A model generated the notes under the pieces. The model searched no databases and was not told where the DNA came from. It was given only the letters and a program-made list of their open reading frames with translations. A stretch of DNA of 32,000 nucleotides, taken from Corynebacterium glutamicum ATCC 13032 (GTDB lineage Bacteria > Actinomycetota > Actinomycetes > Mycobacteriales > Mycobacteriaceae). The stretch lies in the NCBI RefSeq assembly GCF_000011325.1, contig NC_003450.3, positions 2,250,001 to 2,282,000 on the forward strand. Reading direction: 5' to 3'. The position numbers were made by a program, and so were the translations under genes. Of the stretch, positions 1-9,407 are shown piece by piece; the stretch's first letter is position 1; the number at the start of each line of letters is the position of its first letter.

Positions 1-1922
1 TCAAGCTGGAACACACCAAGGGTTTCTCCACGGCCTAGCAGCTTGTAGGTTTCTTCATCCTCGATCGCTAGGTTTTCTAGATCAAGCACTTCCCCATCGC
101 GGTTGGCCTTAATGTTTTCAATCGCATCGCCAATAACGGTAAGGTTTCGAAGTCCCAGGAAGTCCATCTTCAACAGGCCAATGGCCTCACATGCTGGGTA
201 ATCCCAGCCTGTAATCAGTGCGCCGTCGGCTGGCCGCTTCCACATCGGAATGCAGTCCAGCAGCGGTACAGAAGACATAATCACGGCACACGCGTGCACG
301 CCAGATTGGCGCACCACGCCTTCCAAACCACGAGCGGTGTCGTAAATGCGCTTCACATCAGGGTCGGTTTCGATCAGCTGGCGCACCGCACCTGCTTCAT
401 TAAAACGAGGGTGATCCGGATCGGTGATACCGGACAACGGAATATCCTTCGCCATAATGGCAGGTGGAAGCTCCTTGATCACGCGGTCAGCGATTTGATA
501 GCCTGGCTGCCCCATTTGCACACGGGCGGAGTCTTTCAGTGCCTGCTTTGTTTTCACCGTACCGAAGGTGATCACCTGAGCAATCTTGTCCTCGCCCCAA
601 CGGTCAGCTGCGTAACGGATCATTTCACCGCGGCGGCGATCATCGAAGTCAATATCGATATCGGGTGCGGATGGTCGTTCTGGGTTGAGGAATCTCTCGA
701 ACAGCAATCCGTGTTCCATGGGGTCAATGTTGGTGATGGTCAACGCGTAGGCAACCAATGCACCTGCAGCCGAACCACGGCCAGGTCCTACACGGATGCC
801 AATGGAACGAGCGTGCTTGATAATTTCAGCAACGATGAGGAAGTAGGAAGGGTAGCCCTTCATATCAATAACGGAGATCTCATACTCCGCGCGCTCAATA
901 TAATCCTCAGGAACTTGCTGTCCAGAGAAACGATCCTCCAAGCCAGCCATCACTTCATGGTGCAACCAAGTGGTTGGGGTGTAGCCTTCTGGAACATCAG
1001 CGATAGGCATGCGGTCGTGTGAGTGTTCTTCCCAGATTTCGTCATAGGACTGCACACGTTCAGCGATCCACAGGGTGTTGTCGCAGCCATCTGGAACCAT
1101 GTCGTCCCAGAGTGCACGCATTTGTTCTGCAGATTTAACGTAATAGCCGGTTCCGCCGAATTTGAATCGGTCTTCATCATGAAGCGTCTTGCCTGTTTGC
1201 ACGCAGAGCATTGCCTCGTGGGCTTGCGCCTGAGATTCCAGCACATAGTGGCAGTCGTTGGTGACCAGGGGTGGCAAATTGAGCTTGCGTCCGATTTCGA
1301 GCAGCTCACTGCGCACACGGGTTTCAATGTCGAGCCCGTGGTCCATCAACTCGAGGAAGTAGTTGTCGCGACCATAGATGTCCTGCCACATGGCGGCTGC
1401 TTCAAGGGCTTCGTCGAACTGGCCCAAGCGCAGGCGTGTTTGCACATCGCCGGAAGGGCAACCCGTGGTGGCGATGATGCCTTCGGCGTGCTCAGCGATG
1501 ATATCGGCGTCCATGCGGGGCCACTTGCCTAGCTGGCCTTCGTACGATGCCATCGAAGATAGATAAAAGAGGTTTCTTAAACCTGTGGTGTTTTCTGCAA
1601 GCATCGTCTGGTGCAAATACGCACCGGAACCAGAAACATCATCTGATTTTTGGTGTGGTTCGCCCCAACGCACACGCTCTTTCTTAAAACGAGACTCAGG
1701 TGCCATATACGTTTCAATGCCAATGATGGGCTTAATGCCCATCTCTGTCATCTTGCGATAAAAGGGGTTGGAGCCATACATATTGCCGTGGTCGGTGATT
1801 CCGACCGCAGGCATTCCCTGGGCTTTAACCTCATCGGCCAACATATCGATCTTGGCCATTCCATCAAGCATGGAAAACTCGGTGTGGTTGTGAAGATGTA
1901 CAAATGAGGATTGCTTGGCCAT
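1..1922 (-). CDS. dnaE: DNA polymerase III alpha subunit DnaE1, N-terminal ~640 aa (gene continues past the left edge)
   Basis: The minus frame is open from 1922 to position 1, so the ORF is missing from the track because it runs off the edge. My translation from the ATG at 1922 reads [50 protein letters not shown]... This carries the PHP-domain HxH/D motifs and is followed by typical Pol III alpha palm sequence. An alternative in-frame ATG lies at 1940. Plus-strand ORFs 294-1907 are antisense shadows. Confidence 0.93.
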   Translation of the reverse strand, partial: MAKQSSFVHLHNHTEFSMLDGMAKIDMLADEVKAQGMPAVGITDHGNMYGSNPFYRKMTEMGIKPIIGIETYMAPESRFKKERVRWGEPHQKSDDVSGSGAYLHQTMLAENTTGLRNLFYLSSMASYEGQLGKWPRMDADIIAEHAEGIIATTGCPSGDVQTRLRLGQFDEALEAAAMWQDIYGRDNYFLELMDHGLDIETRVRSELLEIGRKLNLPPLVTNDCHYVLESQAQAHEAMLCVQTGKTLHDEDRFKFGGTGYYVKSAEQMRALWDDMVPDGCDNTLWIAERVQSYDEIWEEHSHDRMPIADVPEGYTPTTWLHHEVMAGLEDRFSGQQVPEDYIERAEYEISVIDMKGYPSYFLIVAEIIKHARSIGIRVGPGRGSAAGALVAYALTITNIDPMEHGLLFERFLNPERPSAPDIDIDFDDRRRGEMIRYAADRWGEDKIAQVITFGTVKTKQALKDSARVQMGQPGYQIADRVIKELPPAIMAKDIPLSGITDPDHPRFNEAGAVRQLIETDPDVKRIYDTARGLEGVVRQSGVHACAVIMSSVPLLDCIPMWKRPADGALITGWDYPACEAIGLLKMDFLGLRNLTVIGDAIENIKANRDGEVLDLENLAIEDEETYKLLGRGETLGVFQL

Positions 1923-2017
1923 GTGGGACAGTCTAGCCATCTCCTTACACCCGTGAAACTCCTATTTCATTAACGCATTGATCTCGGCTTTTCTAACCTA
2001 GGTATAAGGTAACAGCT

Positions 2018-2860
2018 ATGATTTTCGGCGTACTCGCATACTTGGGATGGGGCATGTTCCCGGCCTTTTTCCCACTACTTCTTCCGGCAGGACCGTTCGA
2101 AATTTTAGCGCATCGGATCCTATGGACTGCTGTATTAATGATGATTATCATTAGTTTCACGTCGGGATGGAAAGAGCTTAAGTCCGCTGATCGCGGTACA
2201 TGGTTACGCATTATATTGTCATCGTTGTTTATTGCCGGGAACTGGCTGATCTATGTCATCGCTGTCAATTCTGGGCAAGTTACTGAAGCCGCTCTCGGAT
2301 ACTTTATTAACCCCCTGTTAAGTGTCGTGCTTGGCATTGTGTTCTTCAAAGAACAGTTACGAAAACTGCAAATTAGTGCGGTGGTTATTGCTGCTGCGGG
2401 GGTTTTGGTACTAACATTTCTAGGTGATAAGCCACCGTATTTAGCGATAACACTAGCATTTACATTCGGCATCTATGGAGCGTTGAAAAAACAAGTCAAG
2501 ATGTCTGCTGCTAGTTCTTTGTGCGCTGAAACTTTAGTACTGCTGCCCATCGCAGTCATATACCTGATTGGGCTCGAAGCTTCCGGTCACAGTACCTTTT
2601 TCAACAATGGCAGTGGGCACATGGCGTTATTAATCTGCTCGGGTTTGGTCACAGCCGTCCCGCTGTTGATGTTTGCATTGGCCGCCAAGGCAATACCTCT
2701 TTCCACTGTCGGCATGCTGCAATATCTGACCCCAACGATGCAGATGCTGTGGGCATTGTTTGTGGTCAACGAATCAGTAGAACCAATGCGTTGGTTCGGA
2801 TTCGTTTTCATTTGGATCGCAGTTACTATTTACATCACAGATAGCCTACTTAAGAAGTAG
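2018..2860 (+). CDS. rarD: RarD-type EamA/DMT family permease
   Basis: The 280-aa polytopic membrane protein has an N-terminus, MIFGVLAYLGWGMFPAFFPLL...EILAHRILW, characteristic of the RarD subfamily. It is divergent from dnaE and low in GC. Confidence 0.8.
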   Translation: MIFGVLAYLGWGMFPAFFPLLLPAGPFEILAHRILWTAVLMMIIISFTSGWKELKSADRGTWLRIILSSLFIAGNWLIYVIAVNSGQVTEAALGYFINPLLSVVLGIVFFKEQLRKLQISAVVIAAAGVLVLTFLGDKPPYLAITLAFTFGIYGALKKQVKMSAASSLCAETLVLLPIAVIYLIGLEASGHSTFFNNGSGHMALLICSGLVTAVPLLMFALAAKAIPLSTVGMLQYLTPTMQMLWALFVVNESVEPMRWFGFVFIWIAVTIYITDSLLKK

Positions 2861-3192
2861 GTAATAGCAGTATTGATATGTATCCACGTTTATTAGGAAT
2901 CTATTCGCATTTTGAAACCGCATCATAAAAAAATTGGAACCTTGTTTACACCTAAGAAGCTAAAGGGGCGTTCCCCTTAAAATCGAAAATCCACGACACC
3001 CGAATCTTGAATCTGTGCGAAAATTCCAGTGGGAGAGAAAACTGAACCACACCTCCGAGCGTGAAAATATTGTATTAGCCCCAAAAGCATATGCTAGGTT
3101 ATAAGAGAATCGGCTTTCGACACACTTGAATTATACCGCTGAAATCCTTTTCAGTGACTTAGCTTGGCTTTTGAGATTTCGAGGATCCGACA

Positions 3193-3663
3193 ATGAATAA
3201 GTCCAGCTTTCGTAGAGCCTTTTATATAATAATTTGCTCTATATCTCTCTACTCCTGTGCTTCCTTCCCTGTAGATTCGGAAGGCACTTTGGATCGTGCT
3301 CGCGGCGATGAACTCGTAGTTGGAATATCGGAAAACAAACCTTGGACGCAGACTAGCGGAACTGGTAGATATTCAGGCATAGAAGTCGATCTCATTGAAG
3401 GCTTCGCAGACACAATCGACGCAGATGTGCAATGGCTACATGCCCCAGAATCAGTACTGGCCGAGAAAATCAAAAATGGCCAACTTGATCTCATGATTGG
3501 GGGGTTATCTTCTTCATCTCCTTGGTCTTCTCATATGGCACTGTCTCGCCCATACCACCAATTCGATGGAGAAGAAAAAGTCATGGGGGTCAGGCTAGGA
3601 GAAAATGATCTCATGATGGCTTTGGAACGGTACCTCGCTCACGAGTTTGGTGAAATTAGATGA
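3193..3663 (+). CDS. Short solute-binding-protein (SBP type 3)-like lipoprotein that apparently lacks lobe 2
   Basis: It has a signal peptide with a lipobox-like LYSC. The segment ELVVGISENKPW...YSGIEVDLIEGFADTIDADVQW...IKNGQLDLMIGGLS matches the N-terminal lobe of polar amino-acid SBPs. The protein is only 156 aa, against about 250-280 aa for the family. Its stop overlaps the next start (ATGA at 3660-3663). Confidence 0.6.
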   Translation: MNKSSFRRAFYIIICSISLYSCASFPVDSEGTLDRARGDELVVGISENKPWTQTSGTGRYSGIEVDLIEGFADTIDADVQWLHAPESVLAEKIKNGQLDLMIGGLSSSSPWSSHMALSRPYHQFDGEEKVMGVRLGENDLMMALERYLAHEFGEIR

Positions 3664-4646
3664 GTCCAGAAGCCAAAGAAGCCCAAGATTCTAGGCGCAA
3701 CGAGATGCCCGAGAAAAAGCGAGCGGTGCTACGTAAAGCGATTAAGTTGGAATGGGCAACGATCGCATGGGTTCTTTTTTCGATCGTTTTGGTAGGTGTT
3801 GTCGCTGGTCAATCGCAGGCCATGCGTAGTGCATGGATTGAAGACATGCTTTCTTTGGTACCACCTATCGCTTTTCTTTTAGCCTCCCGAATCAGCAAAG
3901 CTGTGGCAACCAGAAAACATCCATACGGCAAGCACCGGTCGATTGCTATCGGGCACCAAGCTGCAGCACTGGCCCTGCTTATCATGGGAAGCCTTTTAAT
4001 TTATGAAGCGGTATCTGCACTGATCAAGGGAGAAAGGCCTCCGATAGGTTTAGCTATTTTATTTGGCCATGACGTGTGGTCAGGTTGGTTAATGATCGGG
4101 GTTATGATTTCAGTGTCGATCCCGATGGTGATTGTAGGGCGAGTAAAAATAAACTTAGCTAAAGATCTCCACGATAAACTCCTCTATGCAGACGCGGATA
4201 TGGCCAAGGCTGACTGGGGCACAGCAGTCGCTAGCACAGTAGGCGTGCTCGGAATAGGACTGGGTTTTTGGTGGGCGGATGCAGTTGCAGCTCTAGTAAT
4301 ATCAGCTTCAATTCTCAGAGATGGCGTGATAAATATGAAAGCTGCTATATCTGACTTAGGTGATGGACGAGCCATGACTTATGACAATTCCGCCCCTCAC
4401 CCATTAAATGATGATGTGGAAAAGGCTGCCCTAGAGATGCATTGGGTCAAACACGCCCGCGCTAGGATACGCGACCAAGGCCGCTGTTTCCACACAGAGT
4501 TATTTGTCGAACCAGTAGAAGGATACACACCTGCTCCGGAAGAAATAACTTCTCTAGTTAAGCGAATCCAAAACCTTGACTGGAAGCTGCAAGATGTCGT
4601 AGCTTCCGTCGTCGAAAAAATCGACCGGTTTCAGGCCCCTTCGTAA
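3660..4646 (+). CDS. Cation diffusion facilitator (CDF) family metal efflux protein
   Basis: The 328-aa protein has about six hydrophobic helices followed by a soluble C-terminal domain. Acidic residues sit in predicted TM2 (WIEDM) and TM5 (YADADMAKAD), as in CDF metal sites. It overlaps the upstream ORF by 4 nt. Confidence 0.72.
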   Translation: MSPEAKEAQDSRRNEMPEKKRAVLRKAIKLEWATIAWVLFSIVLVGVVAGQSQAMRSAWIEDMLSLVPPIAFLLASRISKAVATRKHPYGKHRSIAIGHQAAALALLIMGSLLIYEAVSALIKGERPPIGLAILFGHDVWSGWLMIGVMISVSIPMVIVGRVKINLAKDLHDKLLYADADMAKADWGTAVASTVGVLGIGLGFWWADAVAALVISASILRDGVINMKAAISDLGDGRAMTYDNSAPHPLNDDVEKAALEMHWVKHARARIRDQGRCFHTELFVEPVEGYTPAPEEITSLVKRIQNLDWKLQDVVASVVEKIDRFQAPS

Positions 4647-4680
4647 AACTTAACTGAGAAAGTGATTCCGCTTGTACCGA

Positions 4681-5568
4681 CTATGGGGTGGGCGTCCCAC
4701 CTGTGACTCCCAGGGTTTCTCCTACCACATAGCTGGCTTCGTCAGAAGCGAGAAAAACGTACGCACCTGCCAACTCAACAGGGTGACCCGCTCTTCCAAT
4801 CGGAGCGTGCTGGCCAAATCCTTCTATTTTCTCTTGTGGCTGACCATGGCTGGGTTGCAACGGCGTCCAGAAAGGACCTGGGGCTACAGAATTTACCCGA
4901 ATGCCATCGCCTATCAGACTACTTGCCAAGCCCTTTGACAAATTGTTCAATGCCGCCTTAGTCATGGCGTAATCCAAGAGGGTTTCCGAAGGTTGGTACG
5001 CCTGAATGGACGATGTAAAGATTATCGATGATCCGGGCTTCAGATGAGGTATAGCTGCTTTGGTAACCCGAAAACTACCATAGAGGTTAACCTGCAAAGT
5101 CTGGTCGAAGTTTTCGTCGGTAATTTCGGTCAAACCAGGTGCCCACACCTGACGTGACGCGTTGTTGACCAAGATGTCTAGGCCACCTAAAGCGTTCACC
5201 GTCTCTTGGACCAGCGAGCGACAGTATTCTGGATCACGGAGATCACCAGGGAAAGAAAAAGCTTTTTGACCTGTTTCCTCGATTGCTTGGAGCACTCTGT
5301 CAGCATCGGCTTGTTCTTCGGGCAAGTAAGCGATCGCAACATCTGCCCCCTCGCGAGCATAAGCGATTGCTACGGCAGCTCCAATCCCAGAATCGCCACC
5401 AGTAATAAGAGCCTTGCGGCCCTTAAGCCTTCCACTTCCTTGATAGCTGGAGAGACCAATATCGGCTTGGGGGGAAAGTTTTATATCTAGGCCTGGTTCC
5501 GGCTGGCTTTGCTTTGGGGGATCGACTTTCGGGAATAGCGTACGTGGATCATTTAGCAATGAAATCAT
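4681..5568 (-). CDS. SDR family NAD(P)-dependent oxidoreductase (general-stress YdaD/YhxC-like subgroup)
   Basis: The glycine-rich motif ALITGGDSGIGAAVAIAYAREGADVAI is followed by NNAS, and the length and layout are typical of an SDR. Confidence 0.85.
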   Translation of the reverse strand: MISLLNDPRTLFPKVDPPKQSQPEPGLDIKLSPQADIGLSSYQGSGRLKGRKALITGGDSGIGAAVAIAYAREGADVAIAYLPEEQADADRVLQAIEETGQKAFSFPGDLRDPEYCRSLVQETVNALGGLDILVNNASRQVWAPGLTEITDENFDQTLQVNLYGSFRVTKAAIPHLKPGSSIIFTSSIQAYQPSETLLDYAMTKAALNNLSKGLASSLIGDGIRVNSVAPGPFWTPLQPSHGQPQEKIEGFGQHAPIGRAGHPVELAGAYVFLASDEASYVVGETLGVTGGTPTP

Positions 5569-5659
5569 GCCTTTCTCGACGTTGTCCTCGAACGAACTAC
5601 CGTACCTCTCCCACGATAAGGGATCTTTATTAGGATTTCGAGGATTGCTGTATAAATTT

Positions 5660-5694
5660 CCGAAAATAATTAAAGGGGATGAAAAGAAATCCCC
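5660..5694 (-). terminator. Putative intrinsic terminator downstream of the FAD/PLP fusion gene
   Basis: The minus strand reads GGGGAT-TTCTTTTC-ATCCCC followed by TTTAATTATTTTCGG. It starts about 40 nt after the stop at 5736. Confidence 0.5.
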
Positions 5695-5735
5695 ACCTCA
5701 GAAGGGGCGTCGAAAGATTAGCGAATGGTTATGTC

Positions 5736-8390
5736 TTAATCCGCATCGATATCGTCTAACTGCCCCTCCGGCCACACTACATTTTTCGCCAACGGGATTT
5801 GGTGCGATGCACTTTCCAAGATATGCATGAAGTATCCTGCGGTGTTAGGAATTCCGATGATATCTCCTGGTTTGACTCCTCTCGGGAAGCGGATTCGCCG
5901 GCGTAAAATCAGCTCATCTTCGATGCAGTAGGCACCCACTAGATATGCTTCGATTTCCTCGCCTACATCACCGTCAGTGATATGCAGGGGATCAATGAGA
6001 AAATCATCGGATGTAGTCCGGCACTGCGTTCGGTTCATAGCCAGTCCCACTAGAGGCAACCCGTCACTTCGGGTTTTCACAAAAGCAACTTCGGCAAGAG
6101 TGACGCCACACCCATCTAGTAAACTTCGACCAGGCTCTAGGTGTAACCGCAATCCCCGGTCAATGAGCATCTGAGCTACCCCCTTAGAAAGCACGTCTTT
6201 CAACCAATTACCGCGCACTGGGGTCTGATAGAACGGGTACGTATTAGATAACGGATCGTCTTTCCACGTAAAGGATTCGGCATACCCGGCTGAAGTCGCA
6301 GATTTAGCGGATTGATAACGGATCCAATCTTCCTCAGATTCAATGTAGCTCATAGGCACCCCTCCTCCAAGGTCAATAAACTGTGGGGAATGCCCGCATT
6401 CTCTGAGAGAATCGACGAGTTGGCAACATTCCTGCAGAGCCAGAGCACGGTCTTTTGCAGCATAGCCATGGAGGTGAACGTGAAGACCCACAATATCCAC
6501 GCCGGGTATCACCTCGGTAAGCCGATTACCCCAGTCTGCAGCACGCTCACCAAATCTAGTTGGAGGTAAGACTGCAGGATCTGGAGCTACTCTAGGCGCA
6601 ACTCGTGCAACGCGGTCACCAACCAAAGCCGAAATGCGATCTAATTCATCACGCGAATCCACAGAGATGATCACGCCATTTTCGATCGCTAATGCCAATA
6701 GTCTGTCCGGTTTGATAGCTGCGGATAGAATGATCCGCTCTCCTGGGACTCCACGATTAAGCACCTGAGATAACTCTCGTTCACTGGCTACATCTACACC
6801 ATGACCGGTGTCTTTAACGGCATCAACGAAGGTAAGACCCTTATTCGCTTTGCGGGCAAAAAATATTCGAGTATCCACCCCCATCTGAATGCCGGCGTCA
6901 ACCAACTCATTTATATTACGAGGCATAGAACCTGAATGGAGTACATTCACAGGACTCCCGAATTCTTCAATCAGGTGGCGGCATGTGGCCGGATCTGAAG
7001 TGAGCTTTTCCGCCCAGGGTTCCAACCGTGCCGGAAGCGGTGGAGTACCATGTACCCTATCGGGATACGTGCTCGCGTCGCGGATAACTCGACGAGCCCA
7101 CTTCGGGATTATGTCATGTAATGATCGCGACAATGTGTCATTACCCAAAACCACATCTTCCGTCATCCGTCCGACTGCAGCCAAATGTCGTTGCCCTTGA
7201 ACGGTGCCGTCAGCCGCTACATCTAACCCCCGAGTCCCAGGACGCATTCTGGCATATCCCTCTTTTACCAAATTGTGCACCAATGTGCCTGGCACTACTC
7301 CCGGCGGGGGAAGAACAGCGTCTATCACCACAGTTATTTCAAGTTCACGAACTAAATCTGTCAGTGGTTCCCGGCCACGATGCAGGTGAGTGATGTCTAC
7401 CACTCCGGATTTTACGAGTTCTTGGAGGTATTCAAAACTTTCGGATGGTGGGCCGAAGGCTAATCTTTCCATTTCCCGGGCTAAGTGATCAAATCCGATT
7501 AGGCTGTCACGCCCTTCGTAGGAAGCGCGTTCCACGATGCTGGGGTACAGCTCCCGCCAAGTGGCCCCCATTCCCCATTCTTCATCTTTTTTCCCAGCTC
7601 GTTCCTGAATTTGGGAGGAAACCTCTTTTAGAACTGTCCTAAGTTCGGAAAGATCCTTGGCGGACCGAATCTTTTCCGAACCCTCATTTAAGAGGTCCTC
7701 TAAATATAAGTCGGTCACGTCGGGCTTCGGTATCATTAGTTTCCCTGTGCGGGTTATTGGAATGAATACGGCCGGTGAGCATACTCGAGTGATGTCGATG
7801 AAAGTGAGAGCTGCCCCACGCACTAACACTCTGTCTGTGGACTTGATCCCGTCTAGATTATTAGCAGGATAAGGAGATGCGATCAGACGCACTGACCCGG
7901 GGAAATCTTCTTGCGATAAGGATCCAGGCCAATCGTGTGCATGTCCAGTAGCTAAAAGAATTTCATCAAACTCTTGTTCCTGCACTAACCAACGTTCACT
8001 CTTTTTACCGCAGGGTTTGATTGTGTCTACATGTTTAGTGTGCATCGTAAGAGAACACCCCTGAGGTACATATTCAAGAAGCGCATCCCAAGATTCTTCC
8101 AGGAACTCCCCTACTAATCGTCGAGGTGGGAAAGATGAATCTACATTGCGTTTTCGTAGCCATTGACTGAAGTCGCTGAACTGTGTATTAATCGTGGAAG
8201 ATCGTACATTTATCAGCCATTCTTCAGGCTGATCAGGTTGATATGCCACACCGAGACCATCATTAAAAACATGAAGATCAATGCTGGCTCCTCTCTCCCT
8301 AGCAAGAGCTAGTAATTCTTCAGCAGCCCACAACCCGCGCGGTCCGCCACCAATGATAGCTACCTTGAACAAAGGTTTTCCTCCACCCAT
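5736..8390 (-). CDS. Fusion protein: N-terminal FAD/NAD(P)-binding oxidoreductase-like domain plus C-terminal fold-type-III PLP-dependent decarboxylase-like domain (Orn/DAP/Arg decarboxylase family)
   Basis: The N-terminus carries the Rossmann motif KVAIIGGGPRGLWAAEEL. The C-terminal half has IFFARKANKG (candidate PLP lysine K514, codon 6849-6851), GLHVHLHGY, IDLGGGVPMSY, HLEPGRSLL and VGAYC, which are the ordered hallmark motifs of the alanine-racemase-fold decarboxylases. The likely true start is the in-frame TTG at 8372, preceded by GGAGGA. Either start overlaps the upstream gene. Confidence 0.82.
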   Translation of the reverse strand: MGGGKPLFKVAIIGGGPRGLWAAEELLALARERGASIDLHVFNDGLGVAYQPDQPEEWLINVRSSTINTQFSDFSQWLRKRNVDSSFPPRRLVGEFLEESWDALLEYVPQGCSLTMHTKHVDTIKPCGKKSERWLVQEQEFDEILLATGHAHDWPGSLSQEDFPGSVRLIASPYPANNLDGIKSTDRVLVRGAALTFIDITRVCSPAVFIPITRTGKLMIPKPDVTDLYLEDLLNEGSEKIRSAKDLSELRTVLKEVSSQIQERAGKKDEEWGMGATWRELYPSIVERASYEGRDSLIGFDHLAREMERLAFGPPSESFEYLQELVKSGVVDITHLHRGREPLTDLVRELEITVVIDAVLPPPGVVPGTLVHNLVKEGYARMRPGTRGLDVAADGTVQGQRHLAAVGRMTEDVVLGNDTLSRSLHDIIPKWARRVIRDASTYPDRVHGTPPLPARLEPWAEKLTSDPATCRHLIEEFGSPVNVLHSGSMPRNINELVDAGIQMGVDTRIFFARKANKGLTFVDAVKDTGHGVDVASERELSQVLNRGVPGERIILSAAIKPDRLLALAIENGVIISVDSRDELDRISALVGDRVARVAPRVAPDPAVLPPTRFGERAADWGNRLTEVIPGVDIVGLHVHLHGYAAKDRALALQECCQLVDSLRECGHSPQFIDLGGGVPMSYIESEEDWIRYQSAKSATSAGYAESFTWKDDPLSNTYPFYQTPVRGNWLKDVLSKGVAQMLIDRGLRLHLEPGRSLLDGCGVTLAEVAFVKTRSDGLPLVGLAMNRTQCRTTSDDFLIDPLHITDGDVGEEIEAYLVGAYCIEDELILRRRIRFPRGVKPGDIIGIPNTAGYFMHILESASHQIPLAKNVVWPEGQLDDIDAD

Positions 8391-9313
8391 TCGTCGTTAT
8401 AAATCGTATCTAAATACTTATTTCCGTCATCATGAAGAATTACTACTACATTGCTACCCGCAGGGATGTCGGGGCGTAATATCTCCATAGCAGCGAGGAC
8501 GGCCCCACCAGACGCTCCGGGCAAGATGGCTTCTGTCTGAGCCATCTTTCGGGCTGCTTCTACTGAAGTCCTATCATCAATACGAAAAACCCTGTGGGGC
8601 GATAAGTGTTTCGATAATTCCGGGACCATGCCAGCACCGAAACCTGGTAAATGGCGTGGGCCAGCATTTCCATCAAACAGAACTGATCCCACCGCATCAA
8701 CTGCTATAACTTGAGTGGACAACCCGTGTGCAGCTACGTACCCTAAACAACCCCCAATCGTTCCCGTGGTGCTTACCGCCACTAGAAGATAATCAGGGGC
8801 ACCGCCAAGCTGTTCGACGATTTCAGTCATTGTTCCTTGTTCGTGTGCCTGAAAAGCCGCTGTGTTTGAATATTGGTCAAGACAGATCGCTTCAGACATC
8901 TGAGCACGTAGCTGCGCCACACGTTTTCTTCGTGCTACCAGCCAATCTCCAGTTTCGTAATCTGGTTCTGTAATCTCATGCACTATGGTTCCTAGTGCCT
9001 TCATGTGCGCTATTGTGTTGCGGTTAGCACGCGAATCTACAACGCAATGAAAAGTCCAGCCACCTAGGACCGCTTCTCGAGACAAGGCAATTCCTAGATT
9101 GCCAGAACTTGATTCCACTACGGTGTCACCCGGGCGGAGATCGCTGGCCAGTACCATTGCATGAGCCGTACGGTCTTTAGCACTCCCACCTGGGTTATAG
9201 GACTCCATCTTCGCCCACAAATTGATACTCGTGTTTGCATTGAATCGGCCCAACCTAACGAGAGGGGTTTTTCCGATCAACTCATCGATGCTTTGAAATG
9301 AGTCCCTGTTCAT
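8360..9313 (-). CDS. Fold-type-II PLP enzyme of the cysteine synthase / SbnA-like beta-replacement family
   Basis: IGKTPLVRL...KMESYNPGGSAKDRTA carries the PLP lysine motif (K46, codon 9176-9178). A glycine-rich phosphate loop VSTTGTIGG follows. The length of 317 aa is typical for the family. Confidence 0.85.
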   Translation of the reverse strand: MNRDSFQSIDELIGKTPLVRLGRFNANTSINLWAKMESYNPGGSAKDRTAHAMVLASDLRPGDTVVESSSGNLGIALSREAVLGGWTFHCVVDSRANRNTIAHMKALGTIVHEITEPDYETGDWLVARRKRVAQLRAQMSEAICLDQYSNTAAFQAHEQGTMTEIVEQLGGAPDYLLVAVSTTGTIGGCLGYVAAHGLSTQVIAVDAVGSVLFDGNAGPRHLPGFGAGMVPELSKHLSPHRVFRIDDRTSVEAARKMAQTEAILPGASGGAVLAAMEILRPDIPAGSNVVVILHDDGNKYLDTIYNDEWVEENLCSR

Positions 9314-9380
9314 GAAGCGAGCCTAGCAATCTTCCAGTCTCCTCGCCCGACCGAAACACGCTCCTCTGTTCTACTAGTTT

Positions 9381-9407
9381 TAAGAAAAGATGGCCGCTGG
9401 GGCATCT
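9381..9407 (-). terminator. Weak putative terminator after the 193-aa membrane protein gene
   Basis: The minus strand reads AGATG-C-CC-CAGC-GG-C-CATCT followed by TTTTCTTAAAA. The stem is short and has one C/C mismatch. Confidence 0.35.

Noticed and set aside
294-1907. Plus-strand ORFs of 242, 169, 62 and 85 aa lie at the left end.
   Set aside because: They lie antisense to the dnaE1 frame. That frame translates cleanly into PHP and polymerase motifs and is absent from the track only because it runs off the window edge.
2963-2978. The hairpin AAGGGG-CGTT-CCCCTT lies about 100 nt after rarD.
   Set aside because: The stem is only 6 bp and neither strand has an adjacent U-tract. That is too weak to call a terminator.
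3086-3095. A perfect 10-bp palindrome, AGCATATGCT, lies upstream of the SBP-like/CDF operon and could be a metal-regulator operator.
   Set aside because: By rough expectation, a 10-bp palindrome occurs by chance about once per kb. It has no flanking promoter hexamers or second half-site context that I could recognise.
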